Part shown: positions 58,869 through 64,000 of the stretch, piece after piece
Layout of the letters: every line of letters starts with the position of its first letter
Numbering within the stretch: position 1 is the first letter of the stretch
Source of the DNA: Candidatus Altiarchaeota archaeon
Lineage (GTDB): Archaea > Altiarchaeota > Altiarchaeia > IMC4 > SCGC-AAA252-I15
Direction: 5' to 3'
NCBI GenBank assembly: GCA_043800705.1
Contig: JAZDMS010000024.1
Location: forward strand, 1 to 64,000
DNA: 64,000 nucleotides
Notes under the pieces: model-generated
Told to the model about the DNA's origin: nothing
Database searches by the model: none
What the model saw: the letters and a program-made list of their open reading frames with translations, nothing else
Made by a program: the position numbers and the translations under genes

Positions 58869-59081
58869 CCTTTCTTTCTTTTGCTAAAAGAAAGAAAGGC
58901 CCTCGGGTTCAAAGAAAGAAAACCGTGCCATCTTTGATGGCACCTGGGAAGAGTAGGGTTGATAAGGGCGAGAAACCCCAGAGGGGTGTCTTGCCCTTAT
59001 GTTCAACTTGATGGGACCATCTATTATCCTTACGAAGCGACATCGTCCGAATAGTCCCTCGAGATGTAAAAATCTCGAGGG
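58869..59081. repeat. Hairpin series downstream of tRNA-Ile with a tRNA 3'-end relic
   Basis: Stems at 58869-99 (14 bp), 58925-43, 58962-59000 and 59056-81; GATGGGACCAT repeated at 59010. Confidence 0.65.
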
Positions 59082-59137
59082 GTCATATTTCTTCATTTTT
59101 ATATCGATGTATCCATATCATCATCGGTTGATTTAAG

Positions 59138-59422
59138 ATGATGAATGCTCATTTCGACGGTGTGGAATTGGGTGCCGCTGTAGGATTGCTCGCGATTGTC
59201 TGGGTCTTTGCCAGCCTATTCGCATATCTCCTCTGGTACCGGTTCCTGAGGGAGAGGATAGCCAAGATCACCAGCCCCATCCTCAAGGCCGCGATGATAG
59301 TCGCCTTCGCGGTGCTGGTCGCTTTGGTGATGTTCGCCTTGTTCTTCAGCCAGACCCACAGCAGCTTCGAGGCGACGTACAGGTTCCCCCTGGATCTGAC
59401 ATACGATTACCTCTCCGGTTAG
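59138..59422 (+). CDS. Small two-TM membrane protein
   Basis: 94-aa ORF with two hydrophobic helices. Confidence 0.65.
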   Translation: MMNAHFDGVELGAAVGLLAIVWVFASLFAYLLWYRFLRERIAKITSPILKAAMIVAFAVLVALVMFALFFSQTHSSFEATYRFPLDLTYDYLSG

Positions 59423-59583
59423 GGGCTGATCCATCGGGAGGATGACGGTTTTCTAAGTTTGATTATACTATAGCAGGCGGAAAATGCGCATTGGGCCTGA
59501 AATTGGCCTGATATGGGTGAATTGCTGCGTTTTCCTGTTTTACAGCCGAACCGGAAGGTTTTTATATATGTTTTACGAAGTAT

Positions 59584-60078
59584 ATGGGCATGGCTAATAG
59601 TGTGAATGAGATCGGGGGCGTCTTGTGTGAGACGCTCGGTGGGGAAACGTTCGAGGTCATCAAGGTCATCGACTCTCCCATGGAAGACAAGGAGATATCC
59701 AAGGAGTTGAAATTTGAGACCTCGAAGGTGCGTGTGATTTTGAACGACCTTCTGGTAAGGAACCTCGTGAAGCTGGACAGGGACAGGCAGGACACCGGCT
59801 ACACGTATTACAGGTGGAGCAGGAGGGAGGACAAGATAAAGGAATACGTGAACGACTACGTCGAATCCAAGATAAAGGAATTGGACGGGATGCTGTCCAG
59901 CCGGGACGACATCATGTTCGAGTGCGGCTGCGCCAGGATCGACTACGGGAAGGCTATCGAGCTCGGGTTCACATGCCCAAGCTGCGGAAAGAGGCTGAAC
60001 CAGTCCCAGAGCGTTCGCGGAAGCAGGAAACTGAAGGACGAGCTGAGGAAGTTCACGGCATTGAGGAACGCGTCATAG
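59584..60078 (+). CDS. tfe: Transcription factor E (TFIIE alpha)
   Basis: D.EI...L......VR.IL..L, TGY.YY.W, C-terminal zinc ribbon F.CPSCG..L. Confidence 0.9.
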   Translation: MGMANSVNEIGGVLCETLGGETFEVIKVIDSPMEDKEISKELKFETSKVRVILNDLLVRNLVKLDRDRQDTGYTYYRWSRREDKIKEYVNDYVESKIKELDGMLSSRDDIMFECGCARIDYGKAIELGFTCPSCGKRLNQSQSVRGSRKLKDELRKFTALRNAS

Positions 60079-60405
60079 ACGTTTTCGGGCCCCCTTCAGC
60101 GTCCCTGAGGTAGTTAGGGTGTTGATCGAGGCCTTTCTTCCGTCTATTTCTCTGACCTGCGCCATGCACTGGCGTATGGTCTGCACGCTTTTGTGGTTCA
60201 CTTTGATTATCCCCTTCTTCTTCGCCTTCTCCCAGTCCATCACCCAAAGGGACGTTTTCGCTGCTCCGACTTCGCCGAAGAGGCGAAGGAGGGAGGACCA
60301 TATCGCGTCGACTACTGGTTTGCGCTCGAATGAGGAGTCGGATGCGACCTCGAACGCTATGTAGCGGTTGCGTTCCCTCAGCGTCGGTTTCAGCATCTTG
60401 GCCAT
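60073..60405 (-). CDS. rnp2: RNase P protein component 2 (Pop5/Rpp14)
   Basis: PTLRERNRYIAF, L.LFGE.G, TSGTLK. Confidence 0.92.
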   Translation of the reverse strand: MAKMLKPTLRERNRYIAFEVASDSSFERKPVVDAIWSSLLRLFGEVGAAKTSLWVMDWEKAKKKGIIKVNHKSVQTIRQCMAQVREIDGRKASINTLTTSGTLKGARKRL

Positions 60406-60406
60406 T

Positions 60407-61342
60407 TCAGGTATGGTAGACGTAGAAGAGGTTGTATCCGCCGTTGATATAGTGGCTGTTGTCGAAGAAGCCGCCGATGATCAGGTATCCGTCCGGGGAG
60501 GTTATCCCGTTGGCTGAGACCTTGACTTTGGACATCCCCATCCCGGCTGGCGTCACACCCAGGGTCGCGGATTGGCCGTCCGACCCGAACCTGTTGATCA
60601 TCTGAATCGTGTATCCCTGATAGTTGCGTTCGCACATTGCGGAGGGGGTGGGCCAGCAGGACTGCCCCCCGAGGGTAAGAAGCGACGCGTCGGGGTGGGA
60701 TGCTGCGACCGTGGTCAGGTCTTCGATGTTCTTCCTTATGCTTATGATCGGGATGTCTTCGCCATAGTTTGTGACCTTGAACCTGAGGAAATCGACGAAG
60801 CTTTCCCCTGTAGATAGGGGTCTTCTGTCGGTTATGCCGTCGGGTGTCTTTATCTCTAGCCAGTATTTCAGCTGGTTGGCGACGCCCTCCTTCTCGTCGA
60901 AGCGGAACAGGTATCCTGTCCCCGTCCCGTCCTGCTCGTATTCCTGCCACCCCGAATTCAGTTTCATGACGGTACCCTGCGGATTTTGGGCTGGGGCGGG
61001 CTGAGTGGTCGTCGGCGGAAGGGTCGGCTGCGTGACCTGCGTCGTGGTTATGGTGAGTAGGGTGGTGGTTGTCTGTGAGGTCGTGGTAGGTTCCTCGGTC
61101 TCTTCAGGAGGGGTGTCTTCCACCACTGTTTGGGTGATTTCCTCGTCGTCGTTGTCGCATATGCCGTTATCGTTATCGTCAAGGCAACATGATGAGCCGA
61201 CGCGTAGGTAGGGGGCCTCGCACCCTCCGTCCGCCCCCTCTTGGGGGGAGGTTCCGCCGCCTGGCAGGCTGAAATCCTTCCCTCCGCAGCAGATGCATCC
61301 GGAAAACAGCGCCACCGCCGCCAAGACGAGCAGATACCTCAT
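60407..61342 (-). CDS. Exported lipoprotein with Thr-rich linker
   Basis: Lipobox FSGC; C..PY..VG..CCLD.NDNGICD motif; Thr/Pro linker. Confidence 0.8.
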   Translation of the reverse strand: MRYLLVLAAVALFSGCICCGGKDFSLPGGGTSPQEGADGGCEAPYLRVGSSCCLDDNDNGICDNDDEEITQTVVEDTPPEETEEPTTTSQTTTTLLTITTTQVTQPTLPPTTTQPAPAQNPQGTVMKLNSGWQEYEQDGTGTGYLFRFDEKEGVANQLKYWLEIKTPDGITDRRPLSTGESFVDFLRFKVTNYGEDIPIISIRKNIEDLTTVAASHPDASLLTLGGQSCWPTPSAMCERNYQGYTIQMINRFGSDGQSATLGVTPAGMGMSKVKVSANGITSPDGYLIIGGFFDNSHYINGGYNLFYVYHT

Positions 61343-61431
61343 AGAAAAACCATTTACATAATTGAGTTGGCGGATTATAAACCCAAAAATCCCCGCCATT
61401 TATATGGGGGGGGCGTAATAATCTATCTTTA

Positions 61432-62673
61432 ATGGCGGCCAAGAGAGAGAGTAGGCTTCTTATCAAGAACGCATCCGTCGCCGGATCAGCCGGCACCGTA
61501 GACATCCTGATTGAGGAGGGGATAATTTCAGAGATCGGTCAGATCAGGGGAATGGGCCTTGACGTCGGCGGACACCTCGTATGCCCCGGATTCGTCAACA
61601 TACACACCCACTTGGACAAGGCCGACCTACTGTCTAAGATGAGGCCTGAACAGTTCGGAAAGAGCCTCGAAGATAACAGGGAGCTTCTAAAGACATTCAA
61701 GAGGAACTATACGGTAGGGGAAATCAAGGAGAGGGCGGGCAAGGTCGTCTCGGAATTCGTATCGAATGGGGTCACGGCCATAAGGACGCAAGTGGACGTC
61801 GACTCAACGGGTGGGCTCAAGCCCCTGCATGCCCTGATGGACCTGAAGAAGGAGGTCCCAGTCGACCTGCAGATATGCGCATTCCCGCAGCAGGGGGTCG
61901 TCGACGACAAGAGCAGGAACCTCGTCGAGCAGGCCTTGGACGACGGCGCCGACCTCCTTGGCGGGCTCCCACTCGTCGAGAAGACGAGACAGGACCAGGA
62001 GCGGCACATAGACATACTCTTCGAGATCGCAATAAGCCACGACGTCGGCCTCGAAGTCCAGATCGACGAGAGCAACAACCCGCAGGACTTCCTGCTGCCG
62101 CTCTTGGCAGAGAAGACTATAGAGCACAGGATGCAGGGGAGGGTCAGCGCCACGCACTGCATCTCGCTTTCCGCACAGGACGACTGCATCGCGGCTGAGA
62201 CGATCAAGCTGGTCCGGCAGGCGCAGCTGAACGTGATCGTCACACCGAGCGCCAACATGATCACACAGTTCAGGATCCCGGAGGGCGTTCACTCCAGGCC
62301 TAACAACAGCATAACGCGGGTCAAGGAGCTTCTGGAGGCCAATGTTAACGTCGCCTTGGGGACGGACAACATCAGGGACATATTCTACCCCCTCGGCAAC
62401 TGCAGCATCCTAAGGGAGATGCACGTCCTTGCCGCCGCCACGCGGATGACGAGGGCAGACGACCCGTGCAGGCTGTTTGATATGGCGTCAAAGAACGGGG
62501 CCTCGATCATGGGTTTGAGGTACGGCATCGAAGTGGGCGCCGACGGCGACCTCATAGTCTTGGATGCGAAAAGCCACAGGGACGCTTTGAACGGAAGCCC
62601 TATAGTGCCTTACGTGATCAAGGGGGGCGATATGATATGCGAGTCGAAACTTGAGGTGAAGCATGGACGATAA
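61432..62673 (+). CDS. Cytosine deaminase-like amidohydrolase
   Basis: PGFVNIHTHLDK, AFPQ, ATHC, GTDNIRD. Confidence 0.88.
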   Translation: MAAKRESRLLIKNASVAGSAGTVDILIEEGIISEIGQIRGMGLDVGGHLVCPGFVNIHTHLDKADLLSKMRPEQFGKSLEDNRELLKTFKRNYTVGEIKERAGKVVSEFVSNGVTAIRTQVDVDSTGGLKPLHALMDLKKEVPVDLQICAFPQQGVVDDKSRNLVEQALDDGADLLGGLPLVEKTRQDQERHIDILFEIAISHDVGLEVQIDESNNPQDFLLPLLAEKTIEHRMQGRVSATHCISLSAQDDCIAAETIKLVRQAQLNVIVTPSANMITQFRIPEGVHSRPNNSITRVKELLEANVNVALGTDNIRDIFYPLGNCSILREMHVLAAATRMTRADDPCRLFDMASKNGASIMGLRYGIEVGADGDLIVLDAKSHRDALNGSPIVPYVIKGGDMICESKLEVKHGR

Positions 62674-63568
62674 GGAGATTACTGCGCTTTTGAAGGAGTC
62701 GTACGACCTGCACTTCCACATAGGCCCCGACATCCTGCCGAGGAAGTACACGGTAGAGGAGCTTGTTGGAAGCGAATCCGGGAGGATAAAGGGGGTTGCG
62801 CTTAAGTCGCATAGCATCCCGACAATCGGCCTCATCAACTCGCTGAAGAAGGACGGCATAGAATTGATTGGCTCCATCACGCTCAACTATTTCATGGGAG
62901 GATTCAACGAGTCCGCGATATACGCGAGCGCGGTCATGAGCAAGGGGCCCCCCATAATCGTCTGGTTCCCGACGGTGCACGCGGAAAACCACCTAGTCCA
63001 CAACAAGAGCGACTACGAGATTCCGCCCGAATGGGTCAAGGACCCAAAATTCAAGCCGAGGAACAAATACGACCTGAAGGCCATAAAGGTCACCGACTGG
63101 GCCGGGAAGCTGATAAGGAAGGCGCAGTCGAGCCTGAAGGTCATGCAGGACATGGGATGCGTCGTCGCCACCGGCCACGTCTCATGGAGGGAGGCCGAGA
63201 AGCTCACCCTCGAATGCATAGACAGGGGCCTCAAGGTCATCGTCACGCACCCGATGCAGAGGGACATCGCGATGCCGCTGGAGGTCCAGAAGAGGCTCGC
63301 AGACAAGGGCGCCTACATAGAATACTGCTACATCATGTACCTGGACCGCGACTTCCCCGAGGACTACCCCCTTGAGGAACAGGTCAGGTGCATGAAGGAG
63401 ATCGGTTCTGACAGGGTCGTTCTGACAAGCGATGCAGGCCAGAAACGCAACCCCGGCCCGACCGAGAGCCTGAGCCAATATATCAAGCTACTTCAGGAAA
63501 AGGGCCTACAGAAGAAGGACTTCAGGGAGATGCTAGTCGACAACCCAACGAAGGTGTTGGGAGACTGA
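62663..63568 (+). CDS. DUF6282-like amidohydrolase-fold protein
   Basis: DLHFH..PD, LKSH, W.PT, ATGH, VTHP, TSDAGQ, NP; GAGGTGA RBS. Confidence 0.8.
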   Translation: MDDKEITALLKESYDLHFHIGPDILPRKYTVEELVGSESGRIKGVALKSHSIPTIGLINSLKKDGIELIGSITLNYFMGGFNESAIYASAVMSKGPPIIVWFPTVHAENHLVHNKSDYEIPPEWVKDPKFKPRNKYDLKAIKVTDWAGKLIRKAQSSLKVMQDMGCVVATGHVSWREAEKLTLECIDRGLKVIVTHPMQRDIAMPLEVQKRLADKGAYIEYCYIMYLDRDFPEDYPLEEQVRCMKEIGSDRVVLTSDAGQKRNPGPTESLSQYIKLLQEKGLQKKDFREMLVDNPTKVLGD

Positions 63569-63615
63569 TTAATTCGGTAGGCAAATAAAGCAGGGGAACC
63601 GGCCAAGGCACGGCT

Positions 63616-64000
63616 TTATTTTACCCTTAGCCGTTTGTTGTAGTCTTGCGCCATTTTGGCGGGGTCGTTGCTGTAGATGATGTGTCTGCCCACATTTATG
63701 AGAATGTTCTTTCCTGCGTTTTCGAATATCTTCTTTGCGTCGCCTCCCTGGCTTCCGATGCCGGGGAAGAGGATGATCCTCTCGTCGCCGGTGACCTTGC
63801 GGATCTTCTGTATGTCGACCTCCCGGATGTGGTCGGTGGCCCCGACGACGAGTCCGTCGGATTCCGCGTGCTTGGAGTCGTCTGCTATCCTAAGGAAGAG
63901 CGGTGTCTCGTTGAATCTCGTCTTCTTGTGGAAGCCTTCGGCTTCCGGGTTGCTCATGAGGCAGAGGACGAATATGCCGAGGTCCCTGTGGTGGGCCATG
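63616..64000 (-). CDS. pyrF: Orotidine-5'-phosphate decarboxylase, C-terminal part (5' end outside window)
   Basis: FVLCLMSNP, GLVVGAT, LFPGIGSQGG, INVGR.IIY. Confidence 0.9.
   Translation of the reverse strand, partial: MAHHRDLGIFVLCLMSNPEAEGFHKKTRFNETPLFLRIADDSKHAESDGLVVGATDHIREVDIQKIRKVTGDERIILFPGIGSQGGDAKKIFENAGKNILINVGRHIIYSNDPAKMAQDYNKRLRVK

Overview
About 64 kb of GC-rich archaeal chromosome. TFE, Pop5/Rpp14, ScpA/ScpB, Lhr plus metallophosphoesterase, a SelB-like paralog, TATA boxes and GGTGA ribosome sites are all present. The gene mix resembles Ca. Altiarchaeota/DPANN-type genomes, which is an inference only. Contents: the end of a surface-glycan cluster (split transketolase, TylF-like methyltransferase, rfbF/rfbG, glycosyltransferases), scpB-DUF2207-lemA-htpX, lhr, scpA, a bacterial-type glycolytic set (class I GAPDH, class I FBPase, PfkA-family PFK, class II aldolase), grpE-dnaK-(radical SAM)-dnaJ, several Cys-rich surface proteins, tRNA-Val(TAC), tRNA-Ile(GAT), a DNA-repair radical SAM pair and a pyrimidine salvage/pyrF end. 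No transposase, integrase or CRISPR array is visible. The most striking unexplained signal is a family of small, modular hairpin/heptamer-repeat elements flanked by direct repeats of their target. They sit at both ends of both tRNA genes, and one is inserted in frame (126 nt, 42 codons) inside the metallophosphoesterase gene. Other highlights are a VirB2/TrbC-pilin-like domain fused to a papain-type protease, a 120-nt structured intergenic element, two homopolymer frameshifts, and many orphan genes wedged into conserved operons. All family calls come from reading motifs by eye; no database search was run.
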